From the NCBI RefSeq assembly GCF_009914755.1, contig NC_060934.1: a DNA stretch of 64,000 nucleotides. One strand, 5' to 3'. Position 1 is the first letter of the stretch. The number at the start of each line of letters is the position of its first letter. Below the pieces are notes generated by a model. That model had not been told where the DNA came from. It did not search any database and was given only the letters and a program-made list of their open reading frames with translations. Positions 1 through 19,017 of this stretch are shown here, piece by piece. Made by a program: the position numbers and the translations under genes. This stretch comes from the human T2T-CHM13v2.0 reference genome, Homo sapiens.

Positions 1-290
1 TTTAAGATTTTAAAGAGAAATGTAGTAAAAGTTGAAGAAATCTCTTTAAAAGCAAAGGTAAAATCCAGAAAGGCCAATATTCACCTAAAAGAACTTCTAG
101 AAAGATGGAAGAGGAGAAGAGCTGAGGGAAGGAAATTATCAAGAAATTAAAGCTGAAGAACAGATGTCTCCAGGACTGAAAAGGTCCATTGGATCCAACC
201 ATTACAACGACTGGGGTGCAGATAAAGAACTCCTTGCAACCCCACACTAACCTCATCACTGTGAAATTTCTCCTCCAACACACTCACACT
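1..290 (+). mobile_element. Very old L1 ORF1-region fragment
   Basis: A-rich, weak similarity to L1 ORF1 (AGAAGGCCAATATTCACCTAAAAGAACTTCTAGAAAG...AAATTATCAAGAAAT). Confidence 0.35.
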
Positions 291-790
291 GGTTAATTCT
301 TCAGCAACTTTCAGATCTTATTTAACTAGATCAGTGATCAGTTCTTCAATAAAACTTCCCAGAATCTTGGAAAATACCCCCTTCTCTGCCCCTTATACAC
401 TCAAAGCACCAAAAACCTGTCCCTATCTCAGTAATAATTACACACTTACTCAAGTGATTACTTGAGTGTTGATTCCAAGAGTCATATGGTTTAAGACCAC
501 CGTGTCTGTTTTTCACCATTGCATCCCCATCATCTAACACAATCTATAATAACTATTTAAATACATTTTATATAAATGAGCCATATAATAAAATTACTGA
601 TTTCTTGGAAATATCATACATTAATAATAATACATACCTCTACTACAGAGTTTCACAACTCATTACATGAAATAAAAAAATTTCACAAGTTTTTCGTACT
701 GCTTTGGCCTGAATTTGCTTCTTTTATCTTTAACCCATCAGTGACAGAACTAAATTCTTTAAGCTAGGTCTCAGATATCCCGAAGGAATG

Positions 791-809
791 AGCACCACCT
801 AGTGGAGGC
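791..809 (-). promoter_or_regulatory. CTCF-like motif
   Basis: Minus strand GCCTCCACTAGGTGGTGCT versus consensus core CCAC(C/T)AG(G/A)(G/T)GGCGC; one C>T difference at the CpG. Confidence 0.45.
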
Positions 810-1719
810 ACATAATATTAAAAAGTGGCTTGAAACACTACCTAAATTTACTAGGCACACAATAGTGGCTAGCCAAATATTTATTCAAATTAAAAGACAA
901 AGATACATGCCAACTTTGTCAAGTAATGAAAATCAAATTTTTACCATCTGTATAATTTATAACATTCCAATTTAAACAAATGAAATTCACAAATAAAATG
1001 TATTTTTAAAGTTGGCAGTTAACATCCTTTCATTTAGCTTTTAACTGAACACAGAAATGAAAACAATGAGGAAGAAAGCAATTCTAGATGCTATGCTTCC
1101 AAAGTGAGAAAGAAAATAAAGGTACAATTAAAACACTAATTGCATATGAAAATACACCATTTGATACACTCAAGCCTTTCAAAAAAAATAGGAAAGTTTT
1201 TTATCAGAAGGGAGGGGGTGTATTATACTTTGATATTGATAGCCCTCACTTGCTAAGCAAAAATAATTGTGAAATGTAGTAATGAAACAGGGGACTCTAA
1301 GAACAATGTAGATACATTTGTCTTCTAGTTTTATTAGTGATGAAAGGAAACACAAATCAAAAGTATCCAGGATAGCACACTCCTGGGTTAATATATTAAT
1401 ATTAAACTGGAATAATCAAGTAAAACAGGGACATCTTACAAGACATATCACCCTTTCTCAAGCCTTGCCACAGTGGTTGCAGAGGGGAGATGCATGTCTA
1501 TCAAAGAAGAAAATGTAAAAATTACCAAGTTTTGACAAGAAAATGAATATGAACTTTCTACAGCGCAACTGTTAGATCAATAGCAACTACCTAAAAGTAA
1601 TTAGCCTCATGCAATGTTAATAACTATTTATTTTAATTTCTACATCACTAAGCCATATTTGAAAAATATATTTGAAATGTAATATAGTGAAAATACTTGT
1701 TAAAATTAAGTTATAAATA

Positions 1720-2055
1720 ATATTGTGGTAATAAGCAATGCCTAAACCTTAGCAGCATATAACAACGAAAGTTTATATTCCCCCAGACACTCTCTGTCTA
1801 CTGCATTTCCTCTGTGAACTCTGCTCCACAAGCCCACGTGCTCAGACCCAGGTGGGGAGAACTCCCACCACCTGGAACATCAGCAGTCAGCAATGGGGGC
1901 TGGAGGGTAGGAAGAAGAGACAGAGTGCACTGACTGCTAAAGGCTTCTGCCCAGCGGTGACACACTTCACTCCCACTCACATTCTATTGACTAAACAAGT
2001 CATGTGGCCATAACTAACATCAAGAGGTGGAGAAGTGCAATCTTACATGTACCTG
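1720..2055 (-). mobile_element. Old MaLR LTR fragment (MLT1J/K-like)
   Basis: CCTAAACCTTAGCAGCATATAACAACGAAAGTTTAT and CACTCACATTCTATTGACTAAACAAGTCATGTGGCC resemble late-MLT1 LTR motifs. Confidence 0.55.
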
Positions 2056-2080
2056 TAAACAGCACTACTGCAGGATATAC

Positions 2081-2122
2081 GGATGGATGGATGGATGAAT
2101 GGATGGACCCATGGGTGGGTAG
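2081..2122 (+). repeat. Degenerate (GGAT)n microsatellite
   Basis: GGATGGATGGATGGATGAATGGATGG. Confidence 0.8.
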
Positions 2123-3169
2123 ATAAATATAAAATAATTTTTTGATTCAGAATGGATCACCTGCAACTAATTTTACATATACAGAAGCTTATTAATTTTA
2201 CTTTTAGGTTCTTTATAATAAATTAGATTTACATTAATGTCTTATAGAATTATAATAAAGTATTTTAAATAACATTTTGAAACATTTAAAAATACTCAAT
2301 TTTAAAATGTTAAAGATTTAAAGTATTTTACGTGAAAATGGAAAGAATGATAAAACCAATCTAATTCAGTAATTTCCTTTGATAGTCTATTATTGTTAAA
2401 CCGTGATCATCATAGAACATTCCTAATTCCTATTTTATTGACATGCAGAAATATCAACAATAAACTTCATTTTAAACCAGGTGGATAAAAATATCTTTCT
2501 TTATTAACTATCATCTGTCTGTAATAAAGATGATGCAACTTATGCCACAACTTGAGCTGACTGAAAAATCAAACTACATTCATCAATTATTTGTGAATAA
2601 CCATAATACTTCAATGAATCCAATGAGATGTGAGATGTGAGTGCCACGATGGGCACTCAAGTATTTGTGAAATGAATGGAAAACAAACTGGGCAAGACAG
2701 AGCCTGGAAGGGCAAGTTATTCAGTTTCCTTTAATCAGGCAATCTCCCTTGAACACCTACTACGCTTTGAGGTAACGCAGAATAAACAAACAAAAAAAAC
2801 ACTATACACAGATTCTGCCTGAAAAGAACTTTACTCAATGAACAACTATACCCATAATTAGACTAGGTGCTAAAAATACATTCTATAGATGCTTACAACC
2901 AAATGAGAATATTAGATCAGTTCAAACAGTCCCAGAGGACCCCGCTAGAGCCAGCACATAAAAATAAACCAGACCTCAGACTTGGCCAGGAGCTATATAA
3001 ACCTCCGACTCATACATGCTTTCAGTAAGACCCAGTGAGCTAATAAGGATTTTGTGTTAAATGGTGAGTCTGTGAAGATGCCTTTGCTTCTGCATTTAAG
3101 ACAGAGAGAAGACTTTCTGCATGGATGTATGTTTTAACACTTATGATAAATTATCGGAAAGAGTGGAGT

Positions 3170-4460
<1,291 letters not shown>

Positions 4461-4603
4461 TAAGGGAAAGAAAAGTTAGAAAACACACTTAGCCAACTCA
4501 AGAACTTTTTAAAGATTTCTAATCACAGACTATTAATTTTCACTGTAATTTTAAAAGAGTGAGAGCAAAGAAATAAAAAGGCCAGAAGAAAAGTTTATTA
4601 AGA

Positions 4604-4895
4604 GGCCAGGTGTGGTGGCTCATGGCTGTAATCCCAACACTTTGGGAAGCTGAGGCAGGAGGGCTGCTGAGCCCAGGAGTTCAGGAGCAGCTTGGGCAAC
4701 ATAGCAAGACCTCATCTCAGCAAAAAATAAAGAATTAGCTGGGCACAGTATTGTGCACTTGTAGTCCTAGCTACTTGGAAAGCTGAGAAGGGAGGATCAT
4801 TGAGCCCAAAAGGTTGAGGCTGCAGTGGCATATAATCAATCGCTCCACAGCACTCCAGGCTGGATAACAGAGCAAGAATCTATCTCAAAAAAAAA
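4604..4895 (+). mobile_element. AluJ
   Basis: GAGCCCAGGAGTTC and GGCAACATAGCAAGACC; TSD AAGTTT(A/G)TTAAGA. Confidence 0.92.
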
Positions 4896-5044
4896 CAAGT
4901 TTGTTAAGACAAGAAACTATCATCCTGAAAAAGCAGCAATGTAGCCAAAGGGATACTGAAAATGGTGCAAATCCTGGCGTATAGCATGGAACACAGCTAA
5001 CAGAAAGAAAGAAATTGAGGATGAGGATGATGATAATGATGGTG

Positions 5045-5190
5045 ACTTAATATGTTCCAGACAATATTTAAAGCACATTTCATCTATCAATTCTTTTGAT
5101 CCTTATAACAACCACACAAAGTAGGTACTATTATTATCGTCATTTTACACTAATATATAAGGAAAGTGAGGCACTGTGAAGTAAAATAAG
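5045..5190 (-). mobile_element. MIR, first part (continues at about 6395-6450 after an AT-rich insert)
   Basis: CCTTATAACAACCACACAAAGTAGGTACTATTATTATCGTCATTTTAC...GGAAAGTGAGGCAC is the MIR core. Confidence 0.75.
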
Positions 5191-5525
5191 AAGATATTTA
5201 TATATAAAGACAATATATTAAGATATATATCTTACATATAAAGATATATTATCTTAGTATATATTAAGATCTATGTCTTTATATATCAAAATATATGTAT
5301 CTTTATATATGTTAAATATACCTTTATCTTAACATATTATTATAAAATACATATTAGATATATTCCATCATGTTAAGATATATATCTTACATATAAAAAT
5401 ATATTTATACATTAAAATATATATCTTTACATATTAAATGTATCTTTATCTTAATATATTATTATGATATATATCACAAGATATTATTAATATATTACAA
5501 TATTAATATATTAAGATACTATCTT

Positions 5526-5826
<301 letters not shown>

Positions 5827-6092
5827 CTAATATATAGTAATATAATTAATATATATCATTAATATATTATTTATATATAGATATTATCTTAATATATATT
5901 AATATTACATATTAATATATTAAGGTAAACATATCTATTTTTTAACTTAATATATTATGATTTTTATGATTTTTTATAATGTAATATAAAATAAGTTCTT
6001 TCAAATTATTATAAGTTATTATATTGTTATATATCATAATGTAATAATATAATATATTTATCTTAATATATTATTTATTAATTGATATATTA

Positions 6093-6234
<142 letters not shown>

Positions 6235-7082
6235 ATATTATATATTTTTTAATAATGTAATTATTATGATGAAAATAAGTTATAAATTATTATGTTGTTA
6301 TATGATATAATATAGTATAATATGATATATTAAGATAAATATAATTGTATATTGTTACATTATTATGATAATAATATAAGTTATTATCTTATTCTTGGCA
6401 CAGCCAGAACCTGAGTCCAAGCAATGTGGCTCACAATGCCAGCTCTGAATTCTGACTACAGTTGCCTCTTTGCAAAAGGGTGGGACATGAGTTTCTGGAA
6501 GCACAGAAAAGTACTCAATATACCTGACTGTCCATAACTGAGACAACACAAAAGGGTGAATAGACAGACTCAATGAGAAGCAAATGATCACTAGACTCAA
6601 AAGAAAACAGGATGCAGACAGCAAAAGGTCCCAATTTGATGTGAAGGAATCATGGAAGTCGTTGTCCTCTCTCTAGAAATTACCTGTCTCCTTCAGCCAT
6701 ACATTATTACACTCACACATCCAATCATTTCATGATTATTAACCAAAGGCCTAAAGTTCCAAACTACACTTCAGTGAATATTATCCAGTCCCTCCACTCC
6801 AAATCAAGCAGAGTTTACACAAAAAGTGTGCTCGTAATTCTTATTTTTTTCTTAGATCTTCAAACACATGCTCTAGAAATATAATTAAATGTGGTGGTGA
6901 ATAGGCCTCCAAGCCAGCCCACAAAAACATGTTTAAATCTATCATGTGAAATTCCATGCTGACACTAAGTTTTCCTTATGCAGAATGTGTATTCCTGTAT
7001 ACCTTTTTACACAACCACAAGAAGTGTGAACTAGCCTCCACACAGCCTTGACACAGCAGATCCCACAGCACTCCCTTGTTCA

Positions 7083-7522
<440 letters not shown>

Positions 7523-10378
7523 TTAAAAATAATTTACTTTAAATAAAATAAAACAAGGATAGCCTCCAAGGAAGTTGTAGATGGCAAGAACTGTGACGTT
7601 TTAAAATCATTTTACTATAGATGAAAACAAACATTGGAGGTTTATTTGCTGCCAATGGTTCTATAATTTGCTGTGGGAAATGGACTTTGAGAACCAACTG
7701 GGAATGTCAGGACCACACTGCACTGCCCAACACCTTTGTGGCAATAGGACGTGAAGTGCCACCTGTCATGGCATTAAAGCCAGATATCCAAAAACAGCAC
7801 AATCCAGAAATGCGGGTGATAAAGGGAGATGACCCAAGGTCCCAGAATTGTAAATATACATTTCACTGAGCCAGTCAATTCACTTAGTAGAGGAATTTGG
7901 TTAAGACCTACTGCAGTGGGAAACGCTCATCTCTGTAGCCCAGAGACTCCACTGTTAGGTATAATACCTAGAGAAGCTAGATGTTTCCCTACTGGAATTC
8001 CTATCCTCTGGAATTAGAGAACAGCAGGAATTGCCCGAAAAGGGAAATAAGTGTTACAAATTTCCTGATTCCATACATTCTAATGAATGAACTGTTCTTA
8101 AGTCAGAGATTTCTAGGTAAGAAACTCCCCACATTCATTCTGGTAGAGCATATAGACTTCCTATTACGAAATTATGAATAAATATAAGACGGTTGTTCTG
8201 AAACTAAGTATATTTGAATCACCATGTAAATCTCACAATAACTTGACTGTTACATTACATAAATGTAGACCACGCGGGAGGGCACAGCCGCACTAAATAT
8301 TCACAAATATGGCTCCTAATTTCTCATCCTTACTCTCAAGGAAATCTCTGAAAAGGGCAACATATGGCCACCATTTTTAGAGTATGAATTACAAAGGCAA
8401 CAATTTACTCAGGGTCTCAGGAATTCTTCAGCAGACTTTACATGTTTCTGTGCCTGAAAAAATGTAAACTATAACGTAAGAAATAACTTCATCTGGCTTT
8501 TCCAACAGAGCTGGCCTGACAATTACCTTTGATTGGCCAAGGAGCGTTACCAGCTGCTGCTACCCAAGTCTCCGCTCTGTCAGACCAGGTGGCCATGGAT
8601 CATTCGCAATGTCTGGCTGTCTTTTTGTTTTTCCTCCCACCCAAAGCAAATGATATGTCAGAGGCAAGTAACGTAACCTCCCCAATGGGTTTACTCTCTA
8701 AACTTAATACCACCTCTCCCTTCCCCAAACAGCACTGTTTCTAAAAGGGCCTATTCCATGAGTATCTTATAAAATATTAATAGTTCTTCAGCCTTGAATC
8801 TGATTCACTAATATGTAAATATCTCCTTTTGCCCGCAAGTATGATGCTTTTTGTTGCTTCTAGATTAAAAGGTGAGGAACTTAAAAGTGCTTGAACCAAA
8901 AAGAGTTTATAAAACCATTCCTCAATAAAATTATCCCTCTTTTTAAAATACCTTGACTGGATCGATTATCCTGGAAATAACTACTTTCTATGCAAATCTC
9001 ATAGTGCTAATTTTAGTAAGAAAATCTGAGTTATTGAAAGATGAAGATCAAGAATTACCTTCAAACTGGTTTTTCACTTTCTGAAATTTCCAGGTTGGAG
9101 AAATAAAACTTCAAAAGTATATTCTTGTTCACAGGTTGCTCTATGAGCCTCTGTTCAGGATTTATTTAGACTCAAGATTAAGAAGATTTTTCCCTTTGAG
9201 AATTCAACCTAAATTCATGAGCATTAATTTAACTTTACGAATTCATATTAATATGGAGATTCAAAATAAACTCCCACCAAGTGTCATCTCTCATACTTCA
9301 CTTCTCCTAGGTGACTAATATGCCCGCGACTTCATAGGTTTCATTAAAAACAAGACTTCAGGGCATTTTTAAGAAGATAAATTGTATATTTTGAATTAAA
9401 AATTACTCTTGATATTAAATAGTGGGCATTCCTTTTAAATTATAGCTAATAAAACTAGGAATTTATCTTACCTGAAAAAAGTGTTCATCTTTATTAAGGT
9501 AAAGGGGTAGGCAATTAAGAGGTTATCATGGCACTTCCAAGTCGCATGATATGTACTCCTGTGCTTATAATAGGCTAATAGACAAAGGACTTTTCCATTT
9601 GTAGGGGAAAAGAAAAAAGATTAATCATAACATTATCATGAGATCATCTACTGAGGAATATGGAGGCCTCTGATAAGGCTTCCATGTCTTTGAGTGAAAA
9701 GGACCAAAATAGTAAGCAAAGTTTACCTTAGTTGAATTTGTAAAGTTTTCAAGTTCAGAAGTAAAGCCCATTGAAGACTACTGCTAGAGAGCAAACATCT
9801 TGAAAGAAGCTTGAGGGAAAAAATACTTTACCTCTAGAGGACAAGGATAAGAATTACTTCAGGCTTCTCATCAGAAACCACGCAAGCAAAAAGAGAGTGG
9901 ACTGAAATATTTTAAGTGTTGACGGAAAAAAAAAATGCCAGTCTGGACTTCCGTATCTAATGGAATTACACTTCAAAAGTGAAGGAGAAATAAAAACTTT
10001 TTCAGACAAACAAAAACTCAAGGAATTTGCAACCAGTAGACCTGCCTTGCAAGAAGTGTTAAAAAGGAAGTTTGTCAGAGAGAAAGAAAATCATGTAGGT
10101 CAGACCCTCGGATCTACACAAAAAAAAGGAAGGACATCAGAGAAAAAATAAATAAATATAAAGCAAAATATTTTATTTGTTTTATTCTTAATTGATCTAA
10201 TAGATAACTGTTCAGAGTAATAATATTAGCAAAGTACTGGGGGATTACATTAGCATAGAGATAAGTAAAATGAATGACAGAAATGTTATAAGAGATAGGA
10301 AAAAGGGAATTGAGAATACTCTGTTATAAGGTACCTGTACTACCTGTGAAATGACAGTGTTATCTGAAAATAGACCTA

Positions 10379-10668
10379 GGTCAGGCATGGTGGCTTATGC
10401 CTGTAATCCCAGCACTTTGGGAGGCTAAGGCGGGAGGATCACTTGAGCCCAGGAGTTTGAGACCAGCCTAAGCAACACAGCAAAACCCTGTCTCTACAAA
10501 AAAATACAAAAAAAAAGTTAGCTGGGCATGGTGGCGCACGCCTGTACTTCCAGCTACTTGGGAGGTTGAGAAGTGGGAGAAATACTTCAGCCTGGGAAAT
10601 CAGGGCTGCAATGAGCCGAGATAACACCACTGCACACCAGCCAGGGAGACAGAGCAAGACCCTGTCTC

Positions 10669-10695
<27 letters not shown>
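10379..10695 (+). mobile_element. AluJ nested in L1
   Basis: GGAGGATCACTTGAGCCCAGGAG; long pure A-tail. Confidence 0.92.
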
Positions 10696-10699
<4 letters not shown>

Positions 10700-12536
10700 T
10701 ATTTGTTGTAAATGTGTGTTGCTAACTGTCGGGCAAGCACACATAGAAAAAAAAAAATTAAGTATAATTGATTTGATAAAAGAAGAGAGTAAATGGAATA
10801 ATATAAAATGGTCAACTAAAAGCAGAGAAGGAAGGAAAAGACAGGATAATTAAAATCTTAGAAACTAACAAGTGCAGTGAACAGAAATCAGTTGTAAATA
10901 TGGTAAATATTAACCAACTATATCAACAGACACTTCAAATGTGAATGATCTAAATATACCAATTAAAAAACAGAGACTGTCAGAATGCATAAAAAGAAAG
11001 ACCCAACTCCCAACTATATGTTGTCTATAAAAAACTCACATTGAACATAAAGATACAGACACACGAAAAGAAAAAAGTAGAGAAAGATACACTAACATTA
11101 ACCCAAAAAAGATGGAGTACATATGTCAATTCCCAACATGGCAAATTGGCAGAACTAGAAAAAATTATCAGAGATAAAGGTATTACATAATGAAAAGGGC
11201 ATCAATTCCCCAAGAAGACATAACAATCCTAAATGTGTATGCACCTAAAAAGAAAGCATCAAAAGACATAAAGCAAAACTGATAAAACTACAGAGAAATG
11301 CATGAAGTCACTATTATACTTGGAACTTCAACACCCGCTATCAGTCAGTAATTGACAGATCCGGCAGGCAAAAAAAAAAATCTGTAAGGATATAGTTGAA
11401 CTGAGCAGCACAATCTACCAACCAAATCTAACTGACATTTATGGAATACTTTATCCAATTATGGCAGTATACACATTCTTCTCAAGCTCACATAGACCAT
11501 TCAGCAAGATAGACCACATCCTGGGCCATTAAACACAACTTAAATCTAAACGAACAAAAACCATACAGCATGTGCTTTCAGACCACATGGAATTAAACTA
11601 GAAATCAGTAACAGAAAGACAGCAGGAAAATCTCTAAATATTTGGAAATTGGACAACATTTTAAATAACACATGGGTCAAAGAAGAATTCTCAAGAATAT
11701 TTTAAATTAAGTGGAAATGAAAATACAACTTACTAAAACTTGTGAGATGCTGCAAAAGCAGTGGTTAGAATTTATACCACTGAAAGAATACATTCAAAAG
11801 AAAGAAAAATCTAAAATTGATAATCTAACTTTCCAACCTTTGGAAACCAGAAAAAGAAGAGCAAGTAGAAGAAAAGAAATCAGACAATAAGAGCAAAAAT
11901 TAATGAAACTGGAACAAAAAAAAACAGAGAAAAATCAACAAAATCAAAAGCAAGTTCTTTTAAATGATTAATAAAATTGATAAATCTATAGCCAGGGAAA
12001 AAAGAGATAAGATACAAATTACGAATATCAGAAATGAAAGAGGAGTCAACAGTACTGATGCCAAGGACAATAAAAGGACAATAAAGAATTGTGATGAACA
12101 ATTCTATGCCCTCAAATTTGATAAGTTAGATGATATACACCATTCCTTGAAAGACAAGAGTGACAAAATCTCACAAAAGGAGAAACACAAATCTGAATAA
12201 GCCTATATTTATGAAATAAATTGAATCAATAACTAGTTAACTTACAAAACAGCAAGCACCAGGTCCAGATGGCTTCACTGGTGAATTCTACAAAACACTT
12301 AAGGGAGAAATTATACCAATTCTCTGCAATCTCTTCCAGAAAGAAAAGGAAAATAGCAAGCAGAGTATACTTCCTACCTCATTCTACGAGGCCAGCATTA
12401 TCTTAATATCAAAACCAGATAAAGACATGACAAGGAAGGAGAATTACAGACTAACCGTACTTACAAACAGAGATGCAAAAAAACTCAACAAAATATTAAT
12501 AAGTTGAACCCAGCAATAGATCAAATTAATTATATA

Positions 12537-12799
12537 CAGATTGAGCATCCCAAATCCAAAAACCTGAAATCCAAAATGCTCTGAAATCTGAAATGCTCCA
12601 AAATCTGATACTTTTTGAGTGCTGACAAGGACATGATGCTCAAAGAAATGCTCACTGGAGCACTTTGAGATTCTGGACTTTCAAATCAGGGATGCTTAAC
12701 TAGTTAAAAATCTGCAAATGTCCCAAAATTCAAAACAATCTAAAATCTAAAACACTTCTTTCAGATCACAAGCCTTTTGGATAAGGAATCCTCAACCAA
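12537..12799 (+). mobile_element. Tigger4a/MER46A-like MITE (TcMar-Tigger) inserted in L1 ORF2
   Basis: TIRs CAGATTGAGCATCCC...GGAATCCTCAACC, repeated GAAATCCAAAATGCTC units, TA on both sides, and L1 sequence resumes directly. Confidence 0.85.
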
Positions 12800-12937
12800 T
12801 ACCACGACCAAATAAGACTCATTCCAGGTCTGCAAAATCTAGTTAAACATTCATAAGTAAATTAATGTAATCTATCACATCAATATGCTAAACAAGAAAA
12901 TCATATGATCATATCAACAGAAGCAAAAATATTTTTA

Positions 12938-13207
<270 letters not shown>

Positions 13208-14255
13208 TCACAATAAAAACTCTGAGCAAACTGGAAATAGAAAGAACTTTCTCAACTTGATGAAGAACATGTATAAAATACCTACAGCTAAAATCATACT
13301 TAATTTTCCCTAAGATCAGTATAAAGAAAAGATGTCTGTTTTCACCACAGCTATTCAACACTATATGAGAATTCCTAGCTAATGCTATAAGACAAAAAAA
13401 GATATATACAGATTGAGAACAAATAAACAAAACTGTCTTTGTTTACAGATGAGAAAATCCCAAAGAATCAACAACAGCAAAAGACCTTGGCCACAAGCAA
13501 ACGATTATAGCAAGGATGCAAGACAGAAGCTTAATATCCAAAAATCAATTGCTTTCCTGTATACCAGTGCTGAACAGCTGAAACTTGAAATTAAAAATAT
13601 AATACCACTCCAAAGCCATAGCACCAAAAATAATAAAACATTTAGGTATAAATCTAACAAAATATAGTGTGCAGAGAATCTAAATAAGGAAAACACAAAC
13701 TCTGGTAAAAGAAATCAAACAAGATCTCAATAAATTGAGGAATATTCCATGTTCATGGTCAGGAATACACAATATTACTAAGATGTCATCTCTTCACAAA
13801 TGGAGCCATAGAATACACAGTCCCAATCAAAATCCCAGCAGATTATTTTGTGGATATGACAAACTGATTATAAAGTTTATATGACAAGGCAAAAGATTCA
13901 GAATAGTCAACACAGTATCAAAGAAGAACAAAGTCTGAGGGCTGACGCTACCCTACTTCAAAACTAACTATAAAGCTAAGGTAATCAAGGCAGCATGTGT
14001 TGATGAAAGTATAAACAAATAGATAATGGAACACAATTACCCAAAAATAGACCCACAGATATAGAAGCTAATCTTTGACAAAGGATCAAAGGCAATTCAA
14101 TAGAAAAAGAATGGTCTTTTCAACAATTGATGCTAAAACAATTGGATATTCATATGCAGACATTTTAATCTAGACATAGAACTCAAGGTGGACAATAGAG
14201 CTAAATGTAAACGCAAAACTGTAAAACTTCTAGGAGATAACACAAGAATATCTAA

Positions 14256-14607
<352 letters not shown>

Positions 14608-15096
14608 TGACAATGAGTTTTTAGATATAATTCCAAAAGCACAATCCATGAAAGAAAAAATCTGTAAGTTAGACTTTAGTAAAATGTGGAACTTCTGCTT
14701 TGTGAGAGACACCACTAAGACAATGAAAAGACAAACTGGGAGAAAATATTTGCAAATACATATCTGATAAAAGACTTGCATCTAGAAAATACAAAGAATT
14801 GTTAAAGCTCAACAACAGGAATATAAAAATAAAAATAAGCAAAAAATCTGAATAGACACCTCAGCAAAGAAGATGTATAGATAAAAAATAAACGTGTGAA
14901 GATATGCTTAACCTACCATGTGCAAATTGACACAATAATGAGATACTACTATACACCAACTAGAATGGCTAAAATTAAAAAAAAAAAAATGACCACACCA
15001 AATGCTGACAAGGCTATAGAGCTACAGGGACTCTCACTCATTGCTGGTAGGAATTCAACATGGTACAGTCACCTTAAAAGACAATATGGCAGCTTC

Positions 15097-15407
<311 letters not shown>

Positions 15408-16143
15408 AGCAGTTTCTTAAAAAGCTAGTCTTACCACATGATCCAGTAACTGTGCTCCGTGATATTTATCCAAATGAGTTGCAAACTTACATCTACACAA
15501 AAACCTGCACACAAATGTTTATAGAAAGTTTACCTGTAACTGCTCAAAACTGGAAGCAATGAACATGCCCTTCAAAAGGTTAATGGAGAAACAAACTATG
15601 GTGCTTATCTACAACTAAATCCTATTCAGCAATACAAAGTAAAGAAATGGGCTATGTTGCCATGAGAAGACTTGATGGAGCCCTAAATGCATATTACTAG
15701 GTAAAAGAAGCCAATCTGAAAAGGCTACATACTGTATTATTCCAACAATATGACCTTCTGGAAAAGGCAAAACTATTCAGACAGTAAAACTATCAGTGAT
15801 TGCTGAGCTGGGGAGGGAGGACAGGTAAAGCATGGGAGATTTGGAAACGTAAAACTATTCTTCATGACAATGTAATAATAGATGCAAGACATAATGCATT
15901 TGTCAAAACCTGGAAGTATACAACACAAAGAATAAACCTTAATGTAGATAATGGAGTTCAATTAATAATAATGTATCAACCAACATTGGTTCGTTAATTG
16001 ACAAATGTACCATGCCAATGCAAGAGGTAAATAATAAGAGAAACTGGGAAGGGGAGAAGGGGGATATGGGAGCTATCTGTACCATCTGCTCAATTTTTCT
16101 GTAAATCCAAAACAGTTCTACAAAGTAAAGTTTATTAATTAAA

Positions 16144-17060
16144 AAGAATCCAATGGGAGAAATGATGGGCAAAGGATCCAATTGGACATTTCTCCAAAGA
16201 AGACATACAAATAGCCAATAAGCACATGAAAAGATGGTTAACATTATTTAGACATCTAGAAAATGCAAATCAAAATCACAATGAGGTACCACTTCATACC
16301 CACCAGGACAGTAAGAATCAAAAAGTCAGATAAAAACAAATGTTGGTGAAGATACAGACAAATCAGAACCCTTATACACTGCTGGTGGGAATATAAAATG
16401 GTTCAGCCACTTAGAAAAATAGTCTAACAGGTCTTCATAAAAACTTAGAGCTACCATTTAACCTAGCAATTCCTCTCCTAGATACATACCCAGGAGAAGT
16501 GAAAATATACATCTATGCAATAACTTATACACAAATGTTCTTAGTAGCATCACCATAACAGCCAATAGGCAGAAACAACCCAAATGTCCATCCATGGATG
16601 AAAGGATGAACGAAGTGTGATATAGCCATACAATGTTATTCAGTCATAAAAAGGAATTAAGTACTGATACATGCTATAATTTGGGTGAGCCTTGAAAACA
16701 TTAAGCTAAGTGACAGAAGTCAGTTACAAAAAAGCCACAGATGATGCCATTTATATGAAATTTCCAGGATAGGCAAATACATAGAGACAGAAAGTAGACT
16801 GGCAGTTGTTTAGGGATGGGATGGGAGAGAGAATGCAAGGATTGAAGAATGATGGCTAGGGGTGAAGGATTTATTTTTGAGGTGATAAAAAGGTTCTAAA
16901 ACTGATTGTGGGGATAGGAAAAGAACAAAATAAACAAAATAAATAAAATTGATTTTGGCAATGGTTGCACAATCCTGTGAATATACTAAAAACCACTGAA
17001 TTGTATGTTTTAAGTGGGTGATTTGACAGTAGGTGAATTATATAGCTCAACAAATCTGTT
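16144..17060 (+). mobile_element. L1MB7/8-like 3' fragment
   Basis: ORF2 C-terminal region (GACATTTCTCCAAAGAAGACATACAAAT) and 3'UTR (ATGGTTGCACAATCCTGTGAATATACTAAAAACCACTGAATTG). Confidence 0.85.
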
Positions 17061-17105
17061 CCCAAAAGAATGTTACCTTCTAAACGTTGATGACTCCCAA
17101 ATAAG

Positions 17106-17229
17106 AGCTGTCAGATTTCAGTAATGAAAATACAAATATTGCATGGTTCACACTTATAACAAAGACCATTCATTGCATATCTGAAATTCAACTGTAAGAG
17201 GATGTCCTGCATTTTATCTGGCACCCCTA
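17106..17229. mobile_element. MER53-like hAT MITE with one arm largely deleted
   Basis: CAAATATTGCATGG...ATCTGAAATTCAA...GATGTCCTGCATTTTATCTGGCACCCTA. Confidence 0.7.
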
Positions 17230-17292
17230 CTCCCAAATCTATTCTGTCCAATCCAGAACATAATTATCCTCAGTTCAATATTCACATATCCA

Positions 17293-17635
<343 letters not shown>

Positions 17636-17949
17636 TCAAACATAACCAAAACTAAAATTACCTCTCATCTCCTCTGAGGAGATGGTCAAAATATATAAGA
17701 ACTGGTACCTGGTATTGGTATCTTAGGGCTTATACAGGTCTCCTGGTATCCTCTTCCAACCCGCAATGGCCTGGCATAAACAATAGTTGGTGGCTTACAA
17801 CAGGAGAGTTTCATATTTCAATGAAGAGCCCACAGGCAGATGAGAGCACACTGAACATCAGCCTCCCTCTCTCAAACTAAAATCAGTGGCTCTTCCAACA
17901 CTTTGCCACCATCATCTCTGACCTGGGAATCTCATGTCCCATCCAGTCT

Positions 17950-18875
<926 letters not shown>

Positions 18876-18887
18876 AAACTCAAAGTT

Positions 18888-19017
18888 AAATAGATGCTTG
18901 AGGTGATGGATACCCCATTTACCCTGATGTGATTATTATATTGCATGCTGGTATCAAAATATATTGTATACTCCATAAAAATATATACCTACTATGTAAC
19001 CCCCAAAATTAAAAAAT
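18888..19017 (+). mobile_element. Short L1MA-type 3' end
   Basis: ATGCTTGAGGTGATGGATACCCCATTTACCCTGATGTGATTATT...AAAATTAAAAA. Confidence 0.85.

Noticed and set aside
12540-12760. Repeated GAAATCCAAAATGCTC units resembling a CRISPR or tandem array
   Set aside because: Internal sub-repeats of the Tigger4a/MER46A MITE; no constant repeat-spacer period, and the context is eukaryotic.
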